Shown here: positions 30,101 through 38,553 of the stretch, in pieces
Position numbering within the stretch: position 1 is the first letter of the stretch
Layout: every line of letters begins with the position of its first letter
Assembly: GCA_016788295.1 (NCBI GenBank)
Contig: JAEUSY010000025.1
Span: forward strand, 7,832-71,831
Length of the DNA: 64,000 nt
Direction: 5' to 3'
Source of the DNA: Flavobacteriales bacterium
GTDB lineage: Bacteria; Bacteroidota; Bacteroidia; Flavobacteriales_F; PHOS-HE28
Program-made: the position numbers and the translations under genes
The notes under the pieces: generated by a model
Told to the model about the DNA's origin: nothing
The model's input: the letters and a program-made list of their open reading frames with translations, nothing else
The model's database searches: none

Positions 30101-33100
30101 ACTGAGCTGCTGGTGATAGGGTTCGGGCAGGCCCCGTTGTTCACGGTCCACACGAACGTGCTAACGCCCACGCCAATGCCCGTGATGGCCGTGGCAGGGT
30201 CGTTCGGCGAGACGATCGTTGCCACTGGTCCCGAGGCTTGTGTCCATGTGCCTTGCGCCGGGAAGGTCACCGTACTACCCTGCATGGTGGTGCTGGTCAC
30301 GGGTGTGCAGAAGCTCTGCGACGGACCAGCGTTGGCGCCCGGGTTGTTCGGGTCGTAGATGAAGATGCTCATCTGGTCGGTGGTGATCCCTGTGCAGGGG
30401 CCATTGTCCACCGTCCATTGGAATATGTTCTGTCCAATACCCAGCCCAGTTACCGAAGAATTTGGGCTGTTCGGGTCGTTGATCACACCGGTTCCGCTCA
30501 CCAAGGTCCAAGTACCTGCTGCAGGTACAGTGAGGGCACTACCTGCCAACGTGGTGCTTCCGCTCGTGGAGCAGATCGACTGATCAGGCCCTGCATTGGC
30601 GATCGGGTTCGAGAAGTCGAATACGCGTATCCGGACCACATCGCTGGTCACACCGCCAGGGCAAGGACCGTTGCTCACGGTCCACTGGAACTCGTGGATA
30701 CCAACGGGCAGGTTGCTGATCTGTGTGGTGGGGCTGTTCGGGCTTACGATCGTCCCGCTGCCGCTGATGATGGTCCATGTACCAGTGGCCGGGAAGGTGA
30801 CAGCACTGGCAGCCATGAACACGGAATTAGGTGCCACCGGCACACAGATATCCTGGTCTGGTCCAGCGTTGGCAATAAGGTTGTTCGGGTCGAAGTTGAA
30901 CAGGGTCACTTCGTCGCTGCTGCTACCGCATGGGCCATTGTTCACTGTCCAGCGCAGAACAGTGGCTCCAGTGCCGAGGCCGTTCACTGATGTGGTGGGG
31001 TTGTTGGCGTTGGCAATGGTGGCCGTGCCGCTCACCAAGGTCCATGTACCCTGTGCGGGTGCAGCAACTGCGTTACCCGCCAACGTGGCGCTGGTAGCAC
31101 CGCATAGCTGTTGATCGGGTCCGGCGTTCGCACTGGCCGTTGCCGAATCGAAGATGGTCACCGTCACCGTGCTCGTCGTGATCGCACCGGGGCACGGGCC
31201 ATTGGAGATGCTCCACTGGTACACGTTGGCACCAAGGCTGATACCCGTGACCGTGGCAGTTGGGCTATTGATGTTCGAGAAGGTACCCGAGCCGCTGATC
31301 ACGGACCAAGTACCGACCGCAGGGCTAACGGCTGCGTTAGCCGCAAGGGTAACACTGGTCACTGGCGAACACAGGTTAACGTTACTGCCTGCCTGCGCAG
31401 CGGGTGCATTCCTGTTGAACACGCGTATGGTGACCTCGTCGAAGGACGTGGGCGGAACACAGGGACCATTGTTCACTGTCCAGCGCAACACGTAGGTACC
31501 TACGCCCAGGTTGCTCACCCCGGTGGTCGGACTGGCGGGGTTGGCGATCACGGCACCAGCAGGCCCGGACTGAATGGTCCATGTACCGGTGGCCGGCAAT
31601 GCAACAGCGGAACCCGCCAAGGTCGTACTGGCAACACCGGTGGAACCCGTCGTACAGATCTCCTGATCAGGACCGGCAGCAGCCGCATCCAATGCAGCGT
31701 TGAATCGGGTGATAACCACTTGATCCGTGGTAATGCCGTTGACGCAAGGACCGTTGTTCGCGGTCCATTGGAACACGTTGTTGCCGATGGAGAGGCCAGT
31801 GACCGTGGTGTTGGGGCTGGTCGCATCAGTGAAGCTGCCGGTACCACTGATAACGGACCAGGCACCTGTTGCAGGAGCAGTCGGCGTTGAACCGGCCAAC
31901 GTGGTGCTCGTGGAACAGACCTGTTGATCGGGACCAGCGTTGGCTGCAGGACTGTTCGGGTCGAACACCGTTATCACCAAGTCGTCCGTGGTGGTCGAGG
32001 GGATGCACGGTCCGTTATTGATCGTCCACCGCAGGGTGTTCACCCCTGGGCTAAGGCCACTTACCGTTGTGCTCGGACTGTTGACGTTCGCGAAGGTGCC
32101 GGTACCGGTGACCACGGACCATGTACCTGTTGCTGGTACGATAGCCGCATTGGCAGAAAGTGTGGCCGATGTGTTCGGGGCGCACAACTGCTGATCCACC
32201 CCGGCATTGGCTGCAGACTGCGTGTTGGTGAACACACGTATGGTCACCGTGGAGCTCGTTGGAGCTCCGCAAGGGCCGTTGTTGATGGTCCAGCGGAACA
32301 CGTTGTTACCAGCGGAAAGACCGCTTACCGTGGTATTGGGCGCGTTCGCATTCGCGAAGGTGCCGGTACCGCTCACTACTGTCCAAGTTCCAACTGCTGG
32401 CGCCACTGCGGTATTGCCAGCAAGCGTGGTGGAAGTGGAGGGCAGGCAGAGCTCTTGGAGGGGACCCGCGTTCGCCGCTGCTTGGGAAGGATCGAACGAG
32501 GTGATGACCACATCATCACTCGTGGTGCCGCAGGTCTGATAGTTCACCGTCCAGCGGAACGTATTGATGCCAGCACCAAGGCCAGATACCGAGGTTGTCG
32601 GGCTATTGGGGTTGGCGAACGTACCGGCACCATTCACCACGGTCCAGGTACCTTGTACTTGGGAGAAAGGCAACACACCGGCCAGTGTCGCTGTTGTTCC
32701 ACACACGCTTTGGTCCGGGCCTGCGTTCGCCGGTGTGAAGGGCGGTGTCACCTGAATGGCATAGCCAAAATTGTTCAGACCCACCAACGGACACGCATTA
32801 TCCTGGACATTCACGGAGAACAGGTTCTGTCCGATATCCGCCACTGTCGGTGTCCAACAGAATGTCCCTACCGGACGTGGTCCACCAGAAACGGTGAACG
32901 TTCCCGCGGGGATACCATTGTTCCATGACATGGTGACCAACTGTGCCGCATCCGCATCGGCGCTGTTGACCGTGAAGCAGAAGGATTGTCCTGCACATAC
33001 CTCGAACGTGTACTGACCGGTGCCATTAACCCCGCTGACCGTTGGCTGGTTATTACTACAAGCGATAATGGCGAACTGGACATCACGTATGTACTCGCCG

Positions 33101-33966
33101 ATCTGCACACCGTTCCGCCATTCCCTTACCCGAACGGTCACCACGGCGAATTGCTGGATGCTAGGAGTGAAGGTGATGGTACCGGTGACCGGGTTGATCT
33201 GCACTGCGTTCGCACCTCCGCTCGTGATCACAGGCTGCTGGAACGAGTAACCGGCATTGTAGGGGATCAACGCGCCATTCGTGCTGAGGGCCGGGGCCAG
33301 CTCGAAGCTGAGCGAATCACCATCAACATCATTGAACCCGTGGTTATAGCTCACCGGCTGGCCCACGCATGCGAAGGGCGTAGGGTCATTCAAATAGCGG
33401 GGTGAATTATTACAGGCGGGAAGCGTATTGTTCAGCCGGGCGTAGAGGTACAGGTCACGCGATCCCGGATTGTTCAGTGAGGTGATGGCATTATTGCGGC
33501 AGCACAGGGTCCAATCGACTATCCAATCATTGCCACAACCTGCGAAAGCGCTCAAATTCACGACCGCACTGTAGCGGTAACGCTCAATGCCATAAACACC
33601 CGATGTGCTCGTGCAACGGTCGGTCGCACCGAAGCACAGCGGGGTGACCACATCAACACCATCAAGACCGAAGCACGGGTTCAAGGTGGCATTGCACTGG
33701 GTGCTCCTCATCCGGAACTGACGACCATTATTACAGTTCGATGGTGCCGCAACACCATTGCAATCCCTATAGAAATTCAGCCTTACCCGATAAAGGTTGG
33801 GTCCGATGCATTCATAAGTAAGCTCACCCCCCATGGCGTGGGTGGCCCTGGCCTCGCCCTGCCAAAGCAGCAAGGCCGCCAACACGGGCAGCAGGTAACG
33901 GAGAGGGGCGATCACTGCGGCACCCGCATTGCGGACCGCGTTCCAGAGGCGTCGTTGTTCAACCAT
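24181..33966 (-). CDS. Giant T9SS type-B CTD (gliding-motility CTD) surface protein with 31 Ig/PKD-like repeats
   Basis: Signal peptide ending ARA-THAMGGE; repeats ANAGPDQxxC...W...NGPC; CTD PDAFSPNGDGVND...IFNRWG...WDG...YYY...GFIYLRR. Start uncertain (33966, 33999 or 34014); 34143 lies upstream of a -7 box. Confidence 0.92.
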   Translation of the reverse strand: MVEQRRLWNAVRNAGAAVIAPLRYLLPVLAALLLWQGEARATHAMGGELTYECIGPNLYRVRLNFYRDCNGVAAPSNCNNGRQFRMRSTQCNATLNPCFGLDGVDVVTPLCFGATDRCTSTSGVYGIERYRYSAVVNLSAFAGCGNDWIVDWTLCCRNNAITSLNNPGSRDLYLYARLNNTLPACNNSPRYLNDPTPFACVGQPVSYNHGFNDVDGDSLSFELAPALSTNGALIPYNAGYSFQQPVITSGGANAVQINPVTGTITFTPSIQQFAVVTVRVREWRNGVQIGEYIRDVQFAIIACSNNQPTVSGVNGTGQYTFEVCAGQSFCFTVNSADADAAQLVTMSWNNGIPAGTFTVSGGPRPVGTFCWTPTVADIGQNLFSVNVQDNACPLVGLNNFGYAIQVTPPFTPANAGPDQSVCGTTATLAGVLPFSQVQGTWTVVNGAGTFANPNSPTTSVSGLGAGINTFRWTVNYQTCGTTSDDVVITSFDPSQAAANAGPLQELCLPSTSTTLAGNTAVAPAVGTWTVVSGTGTFANANAPNTTVSGLSAGNNVFRWTINNGPCGAPTSSTVTIRVFTNTQSAANAGVDQQLCAPNTSATLSANAAIVPATGTWSVVTGTGTFANVNSPSTTVSGLSPGVNTLRWTINNGPCIPSTTTDDLVITVFDPNSPAANAGPDQQVCSTSTTLAGSTPTAPATGAWSVISGTGSFTDATSPNTTVTGLSIGNNVFQWTANNGPCVNGITTDQVVITRFNAALDAAAAGPDQEICTTGSTGVASTTLAGSAVALPATGTWTIQSGPAGAVIANPASPTTGVSNLGVGTYVLRWTVNNGPCVPPTSFDEVTIRVFNRNAPAAQAGSNVNLCSPVTSVTLAANAAVSPAVGTWSVISGSGTFSNINSPTATVTGISLGANVYQWSISNGPCPGAITTSTVTVTIFDSATASANAGPDQQLCGATSATLAGNAVAAPAQGTWTLVSGTATIANANNPTTSVNGLGTGATVLRWTVNNGPCGSSSDEVTLFNFDPNNLIANAGPDQDICVPVAPNSVFMAASAVTFPATGTWTIISGSGTIVSPNSPTTQISNLPVGIHEFQWTVSNGPCPGGVTSDVVRIRVFDFSNPIANAGPDQSICSTSGSTTLAGSALTVPAAGTWTLVSGTGVINDPNSPNSSVTGLGIGQNIFQWTVDNGPCTGITTDQMSIFIYDPNNPGANAGPSQSFCTPVTSTTMQGSTVTFPAQGTWTQASGPVATIVSPNDPATAITGIGVGVSTFVWTVNNGACPNPITSSSVTITLADGDAQSADAGPDQSLCGTATGTTLSGNAPVGVATGSWSVVSGTATFANAASPTTAVSGLSIGVNVLRWSIDNGACGITSDVVTILVYDPNNPVANAGNDLQLCTPASSATLNGSALTLPAVGQWTLVSGSGSIANPAGPTTVVNGLAVGENVFQWQVNNGACPNAITTDLISVFVYDNAAAAANAGPDQDVCTPTSSVSMAGNTPTFPGIGQWTLIAGGGSIAQPNNPNTTINNLPVGVNIFAWTIINGPCGSTSDQVVIRVFDALNPVANAGADQQLCAPNTGTTLQGSNLTIPATGTWSLVSGTGTITDPTNPASTVTGLAIGENVFQWSVSNGPCANSQTNDLVSIFVFDEDQEPAAAGPDQDLCTPESQATLAANTPTFPAEGMWFQVAGLGTITDPSNPNTTVTGLPVGTHEFQWMITNGPCANSETTDNMVIRVYDANNLPADAGADQQLCTPQTSTTLQGSAVISPSVGTWTVVSGSGVFANANDPNTGVSGLSIGANVFRWSVNNGPCGPVTNDEVTILLFDADNAVADAGQDLQQCTPNTVATLFGSTVTFPATGLWTLVSGTGAITDPTSAVTTVTGLGVGENIFQWTVSNGPCSNGITSDQMSIFIFDLNNPPANAGADQQLCTPQVSTNMQGVAPTFPAFGTWTLLSGQGTIVDPNDPNSLITDLGVGENTFLWTIDNGPCENSGSIDVVSIFVFDGDNVDANAGADQELCTPNIVTTNLQGSAVTFPAAGEWTLVSGTGTIANPNDPNTVVFDISIGESVFEWTVNNGPCANGVTTDQVSIRVYDANLPVANAGADQQLCTPNTTAQLSGSPIVFPAVGTWTIQSGTGTITDPNDPNTTITGLGVGVIVVRWTVNNGACPEGITTDEMVITLFDENNPVADAGPDQELCSDDANTTLDGGTVIFPATGTWTLVNGTGTIANPSNPNTAISGLGIGENIFQWVVNNGVCANPQTTDVVSIFVFDVNNPDADAGPDQEVCTPITSATMAGSSTTFPAVGTWTLISGQGTITDPNDPATSITDLGVGTNVFEWTVDNGDGCANSLTTDQVTIVLFDADAPPADAGADQELCSPDDTATLTGNAPVGAAIGVWTLAQGTGVIADPFSPTTAVSGLTIGENIFRWTLTGGACVTTDDEVSIFVFDPDNPIANAGLDQELCMPQDSVFMAGSQVIFPAVGTWTLISGAGTPVNANDPGTLIEGLAIGVNVFQWEVDNGACELTPTFDLVTITLYGDSTTPAIAGPDLESCLPITQVQLQGEQPIAPGVGTWSVIAGTGVFADPNDPTTVVSGLSQGVNTFVWTLDWFPCPNNGILTDTVTVRVYNPSAPLADAGPDQQLCTPTTETFMEGNSPEIPGIGTWTLLSGSGTIVSPNDANTQITDLAIGINEFIWTIYNGNCGFGPPSQDTVRVFVYDGEATPAAAGNDISWCTPANSAVLVANDPTFPATGLWTSLSGTGTLADPTDPNTAVFGLGVGQHDFLWTIDNGACGSTSDTISVFIFDGESEVANAGPDQELCTPNTSTSLAGNAVVFPATGSWTVISGTGTFADTNDPTTTVSGLSIGTNVFRWTIVNGPCGDTEDDVVITLFNENQPAANAGADQQICTPTNSVTLQGSAVTFPAVGTWVFVNGTGTLSDPNSPTATLSGLGVGSVTLQWQVDNGPCGPVTTDEVTINVFDNGGAVALAGPDQDFCSPVTGTVTMFASSPVAPGVGQWTLLSGSGTIADPTNPFTVITGLGIGENRFQWTIDNGPCGSTSDVVSLTVYNSAVPPANAGPDQEFCQDVRSTELNAEAVFSTATGVWSVLNPSGGNAIVSQPNNAESDVDGFQLIQLPTTEYAFIWTVNNGPFPVGSPCGPTADTMMVRIKDCVTVKVPDAFSPNGDGVNDVLVITNIETYPNNRITIFNRWGNKVYEASPYRNQWDGTSQFGTAYGETLPESTYYYVLDLGDGSDARTGFIYLRR
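24466..32730 (-). repeat. 31 tandem coding repeats of about 89 aa (about 267 bp), diverged at DNA level
   Basis: Counted 31 AxAGxD/xQ..C units in the translation; 8265 nt / 31. Confidence 0.88.
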
Positions 33967-34122
33967 GTACCGACCAGTATGTAAGCCCGTGCCCTGCATT
34001 AACCCCTTCGGCATATATGACCGCCCCTTCCGGGGAAGCGAACGCTCCAGCACCGTGGGTCTTCGTTGGACCAAAGGCACATGGATGGAGCCGAATTGGA
34101 TAAGCACAGAACAGGTGCTGGG

Positions 34123-34130
34123 CAAACCTA
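34123..34130 (-). promoter_or_regulatory. Probable -7 promoter box for the giant protein-porP-porE operon
   Basis: TAGGTTTG on minus strand matches TAnnTTTG. Confidence 0.55.
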
Positions 34131-34447
34131 GACCGTGACCCATGCCACCGATCGTTCCAACGGATCACACTTGTTAACAGGATAATGTGGGCCGTAACGT
34201 GGAAAGCCGAGGACTATACGATCAAGCCATCATCACCATTGGTCACAAATACGAGCCAGATAATCGACACAAAATGACCATTGGCCGTAATACAGGCACA
34301 TGTTCCTCTTGGTTGACCACACAGGCGTTCACAACGATGTAACACCAGCCATACAAAGCCTCGGATGAGCTGGGTAAATACACCGGACCATAACCGATAG
34401 CGGTACGATCTTCGCTCACCCACGTCCTTCGCATCAGCATCACTTCA

Positions 34448-35500
34448 GTGCATCCACGCCTCGGCATCATCATCCTTGCACATTTCTCCGGCAGTGCAGT
34501 ATTGGGCCAAGGCGAAGCGCCATGGCGGACGCGCTTGGTGCTGGGCGGCGGCATCACCTTCCAGGCACCTTCCCTCGTAGGGCATACAACTCCCTCCGCA
34601 GCCGCATTGCCGTTGGTCGGCCTTGCACTGGACCTTGGGGCCGCCTTCACCCATCGCGATAGCTGGGGCATCGCCGATCAGGGCGGCGCAGCTGCATAGG
34701 GCTCCTAAATGCAGGTCGACACGGTTCGCATGGACCTGTTCCATCTACTAAAGCGCACCGAACTGCATCTCTTCAAGCTTGCCGACATTCCCGCCATTTC
34801 CCATTTGCCCGTTCGCTTCGCCCTGGCAGCGGGCTACAGCTTTCAGCAGGCCAATGAGGAACGATCGACCAAACAACCGTTCCAAGTCGTTTCACGGGAA
34901 ACATCGCTAACACGTCTCCACCTGGCCCCGGAATTCGGTTTCACCAATGGCCATGGATATGACCGTATGGAGATCGGGCTTCGCTATGTGGTACATCTCG
35001 ACCGAACGAATTCATGGACCAGCACCTTTATCGGCCCATCTGGAGTTGCTGATCTCGCAGGGACCGACGACCATCTGGCGATCGTGCTGCGCTACCACTT
35101 CGGTTGGCCTCCCAAGGAAAGGTCAACGCTTATCGAGACCCGGCCTCCCGAGCCATACAACAACGATCGCCGCACCGACACACTGGTGACCGTGGCCATG
35201 CATCACCATCGCGCAACGGTGAAGCTTTGGGACAATGCCGAGATCGATGGGGACACGGTCAGCGTTCTCCTCAACGGCCATGTTGTTCTACAAGAACATG
35301 GGCTTACCAATTCACGCCACCGCGTAGTGCTCCACCTCGCTCCGGGCAACAATGAAGTACTCGTCGTCGCGCATAACGAAGGCCGCGTACCACCCAACAC
35401 CGCCAGCGCACAATTAAAAGTCGGCAGGAAACGACTGCAACTGCTTATCCGCACCAGTACCAAGCAGAATACTGCAATAGTGATCCATCGGGATCAATAG
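34448..35500 (+). pseudogene. Exported beta-barrel plus Ig-like domain gene interrupted by two in-frame stops
   Basis: ORFs 34448-34699 and 34709-35500 are in one frame, joined by TAG GGC TCC TAA; signal peptide in first part, WDNAEIDGDTVS...AHNEGRVPPNTA domain in second. Confidence 0.7.
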
Positions 35501-35607
35501 TATCTGGTGCGCTCCTTTCTGGCCGCATCGTCCATTCAGCATTCCGCCAAATAAACTTCCGGCGAAATGAGCGGACCAAGAACGCTGTGCTCTACCACTC
35601 TGACTGA

Positions 35608-36207
35608 TCAGCGTGTTCGAGTTGTGGTGGGAGTTACTGACCTGGAGGCAGGTGGATTAGGACGAGGCGTGGGGCGCGACGGTCCTTCGGTGCGCACCGC
35701 TGTGCGCTGAGGAGTACTTGTCGGGGTCGGCCGTCCACTGGTGGCGCGGGTAACTCGTTGCGTGCCAATGGTACGATCACGAGCAACGGTTGCCGAGGAG
35801 TTCGCTCGCGGTGCTGGCGTAACTGGCAATGGCACAGTTGTGAACGACAGGGGATCATCATAAGCGCAATTCACCATCTTGGAAATGCGGTGGACACCGA
35901 TGATACCACAAGCCGTATAGGTATTGCACGCAGCATCCATCACCGTAACGGTGACCAAACCTCCAGGGCCTTGTTCGGCGCGCAGGTCGGTATAGGGTGG
36001 CACCCCACCCACTGCATGCCAGCTCACCGTGCCTCTGGTCAGCACCATAGAGCGATACGCGACCGGGTTACGAACCGCGTTCATCTGGTCCGTTTCACAA
36101 TACATGTCCACCACTTCCGCGTCGCTTGTATACAGCACTACGAAGAGGTCGCGAGCCGATGTGATGAGAGCACTGCACAACAGCGAAACAAGAACGATGT
36201 AGCGCAT
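35608..36207 (-). CDS. Hypothetical exported protein with one SprB-like unit and a Pro/Thr/Arg-rich tail
   Basis: Signal peptide; GGVPPY...VTVMDAAC; low-complexity C-terminus. Confidence 0.6.
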   Translation of the reverse strand: MRYIVLVSLLCSALITSARDLFVVLYTSDAEVVDMYCETDQMNAVRNPVAYRSMVLTRGTVSWHAVGGVPPYTDLRAEQGPGGLVTVTVMDAACNTYTACGIIGVHRISKMVNCAYDDPLSFTTVPLPVTPAPRANSSATVARDRTIGTQRVTRATSGRPTPTSTPQRTAVRTEGPSRPTPRPNPPASRSVTPTTTRTR

Positions 36208-36364
36208 GACAACAGGTTTTATGTGTTGTGAAGGTATGCACGATGTGACGGGATAACAAATCGCTGGTCACTGCTCTTCGATCATGGCTGTGGGCGCCCA
36301 TAATGTAAATTAGGGGCTCACAGTGTTGCCTACGAAACCATAACAACGAACGAACCCACAAAAC

Positions 36365-36832
36365 ATGGTACGTCTATTCAGTCGATATTTCCTCCTATGC
36401 GCACTGTTCGCCAGCGCGGCCCCACTTAGCGCGCAATACGTTGGCAAGGTGCAAATGACAGAACCCATTGAAGGCATCTGCGACAGCACGGAAGTGTACC
36501 ATCTCTGGAATACGTTCGATGGACAGAAACGCGCCACCTGCACAGTAAGCGATGCCGCCATCCAAGCACGCCTGAACAGCGGCGTTACCTACCTGAAGGA
36601 CAACCCGAAGTTCAAGCTGCCGAAAGGAGCCTCCGTTTCCACCTGGGTGAACTGCGAAGGCGCATTGGTGAAGGTCAAAATGGAATCGAAGAACGCAGCC
36701 TTCAATGAACAAGTGGAAGCCGTGTTCCGCGACCTTGGTGAGTGGACAGCGGGACGCACTGCCGGCAAGAATGTGGACAGCGTTCGCTTTTGGGGCATCA
36801 CCATCTACAAGGGCTACATCTTCCTGCAATGA
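36365..36832 (+). CDS. Hypothetical exported protein, TonB-C-like C-terminus
   Basis: Signal peptide plus Gln; VNCEG...WTAGRTAGKNVDS. Confidence 0.7.
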   Translation: MVRLFSRYFLLCALFASAAPLSAQYVGKVQMTEPIEGICDSTEVYHLWNTFDGQKRATCTVSDAAIQARLNSGVTYLKDNPKFKLPKGASVSTWVNCEGALVKVKMESKNAAFNEQVEAVFRDLGEWTAGRTAGKNVDSVRFWGITIYKGYIFLQ

Positions 36833-37716
36833 AGCTGTTCATGCTCCGCGCACTGCTCAGTGCAGTTGCTTTCACTGGCCCTCTGCTTTCTTTCGCTCAG
36901 CTCGACGAAGGACTTATTCTCCTAGCACGCACCTACAAGGACAACATGTTCCGCAACGCGCCCACTCGCGAAACGCTGGACGCCGTGCGCACCATGCCTC
37001 CTGAGTTGAACGCCACGCGCGACTTCGTAGTGCAGACGATCACAGAGAAGAACGCACTCGCTCAAAAGAAGTGGATGACCGCCCCCGACGAGACCACCCT
37101 GCGTCACATCCACACCGTCCGCATACTGAACCTCGATATGCGGAAGGAAGGACGCATGGGCGACCGCGCTGTTATGGATAGCCTGCGCCTTCACCCGGCA
37201 GATCGCAACGAACTGGTGCGGAACTACTACTCCATGTTGTTCACAGCGATCGGCAACAAGAACCAACCCTTCGACCTGAGCAAGCTGGACCTGCGACCGG
37301 ACACGTACGGACTTCAGAGCGACACCGAACGCGGCATTGTTTTTCTCGAATGCATGCAACTGTGCAGGTCCGTTATTTGGGGCTATATGAACGTTGTGAA
37401 GCCCCCCAACACCCAAAAGGCCTTAGCGCACATCAAACGCTACCCCAAGGTGAATGGAGCAGCCTACTATCGCTTCACGGACCTCAATTTCACCGACTTC
37501 AAGTTCGTGATGAACGACAGCCTACAGAGCTACAAGGGCATCCTCGTTGACCATTACCTGGACGTACTGCTTTATCACCTCATGGTACTTTCGGACACTG
37601 GGGCGAAGGAAGAGACCGTCCGCGACCTGTTGCTGGGGTCATCCATGCGCGACGAGCAACTGTGGAAATACTCGAGCAAACGCGCCACCCTCGAACAGAT
37701 CTTCAAGAAGCAGTAA
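36829..37716 (+). CDS. Hypothetical exported helical protein
   Basis: ATGA overlap with previous gene; signal peptide SFA-Q. Confidence 0.75.
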   Translation: MKLFMLRALLSAVAFTGPLLSFAQLDEGLILLARTYKDNMFRNAPTRETLDAVRTMPPELNATRDFVVQTITEKNALAQKKWMTAPDETTLRHIHTVRILNLDMRKEGRMGDRAVMDSLRLHPADRNELVRNYYSMLFTAIGNKNQPFDLSKLDLRPDTYGLQSDTERGIVFLECMQLCRSVIWGYMNVVKPPNTQKALAHIKRYPKVNGAAYYRFTDLNFTDFKFVMNDSLQSYKGILVDHYLDVLLYHLMVLSDTGAKEETVRDLLLGSSMRDEQLWKYSSKRATLEQIFKKQ

Positions 37717-37730
37717 CCTAGGCGGCATGC

Positions 37731-38459
37731 CTAGCCGCCGAACACTCGTCGCAGTAGATCGCTGGTACGCGCCATCGGGTCCTTGCGGATCCGTGCTTCT
37801 TCCTCTGCGATCAACACGAAGAGACCTTCAATGGCCTTCTGCGTAACGTAGGCGTCGAGGTCGGTGTCCACTGCTTTCTGGCCCGTGAGCGCACCGGCCT
37901 TGTTGTAGGCTGATGTAAGCGGTGTCCAATAACTGGTCAACGCTACTTTCTTGGTGGCACGCTCAACGATCGGGCGGAAGCGTTCTGCCAACGAAGCGGT
38001 GGTCTTCTCTCGCAGGTAGTTGGTGGCCGCTTGGTCGCCGCCTCGCAGGATCGCGAAACCATCGCCAACGCTCATGCCCAGTATCGCATCGCGCAGGATC
38101 GACAGTGCTTCCTTGGTGGCCTCCTCGGCCGCACGGTTCATGGTAAGCTCGAACTCCTGCACCTGGGCGCTCATGCCCATGTTGGTCAGTGTGTTCTTCA
38201 CCTTCTGCGCTTCGGCCGGGAAGGGGATGCGGATGCGATCATCCTTCCAGAAACCATCCAATGCGGAACCCTTGGTCACCGACTGCTCGGCACCCTTGCC
38301 CAGCGCCTCCTTGAGGCCGGCGATCACTTCATCGTTGGTAAGGCCGCCGGGCTTTCCGCCCACTTTGCCTGCGGCATCCTTAATGGACTTGGGCAACTGG
38401 GCCGAGCAGGAAGTGGCAATGCCGAGCACCAGCACGGCGAGGATGGATAGGGTACGCAT
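37731..38459 (-). CDS. DUF4197 family lipoprotein
   Basis: ATSC lipobox-like; GLKEAL..GA, MNRAAEEA, AATNYL, IAEEEARIRKDP. Confidence 0.9.
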   Translation of the reverse strand: MRTLSILAVLVLGIATSCSAQLPKSIKDAAGKVGGKPGGLTNDEVIAGLKEALGKGAEQSVTKGSALDGFWKDDRIRIPFPAEAQKVKNTLTNMGMSAQVQEFELTMNRAAEEATKEALSILRDAILGMSVGDGFAILRGGDQAATNYLREKTTASLAERFRPIVERATKKVALTSYWTPLTSAYNKAGALTGQKAVDTDLDAYVTQKAIEGLFVLIAEEEARIRKDPMARTSDLLRRVFGG

Positions 38460-38553
38460 GCTGCAAAGATTGTTGGTTGCGCACGATGGCCAATACCATG
38501 CCGGGAAGGAGGTGAAGATCTGTACTAATCCCTCGCACCAAGAGCGGCACTCC

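Noticed and set aside
24466-32730. Recurring DNA motifs as a CRISPR array or DGR template/variable pair
   Set aside because: Period of about 267 bp matches protein repeats with heavy synonymous divergence; no cas or reverse transcriptase gene
34150-34440. Short repeated words (ACCATTGG, GGCCGTAA) upstream of the giant operon as operator sites or ncRNA
   Set aside because: Too short and irregular to distinguish from chance
34697-34708. Stop-codon reassignment
   Set aside because: TAG and TAA terminate many conserved genes in this window at their normal ends
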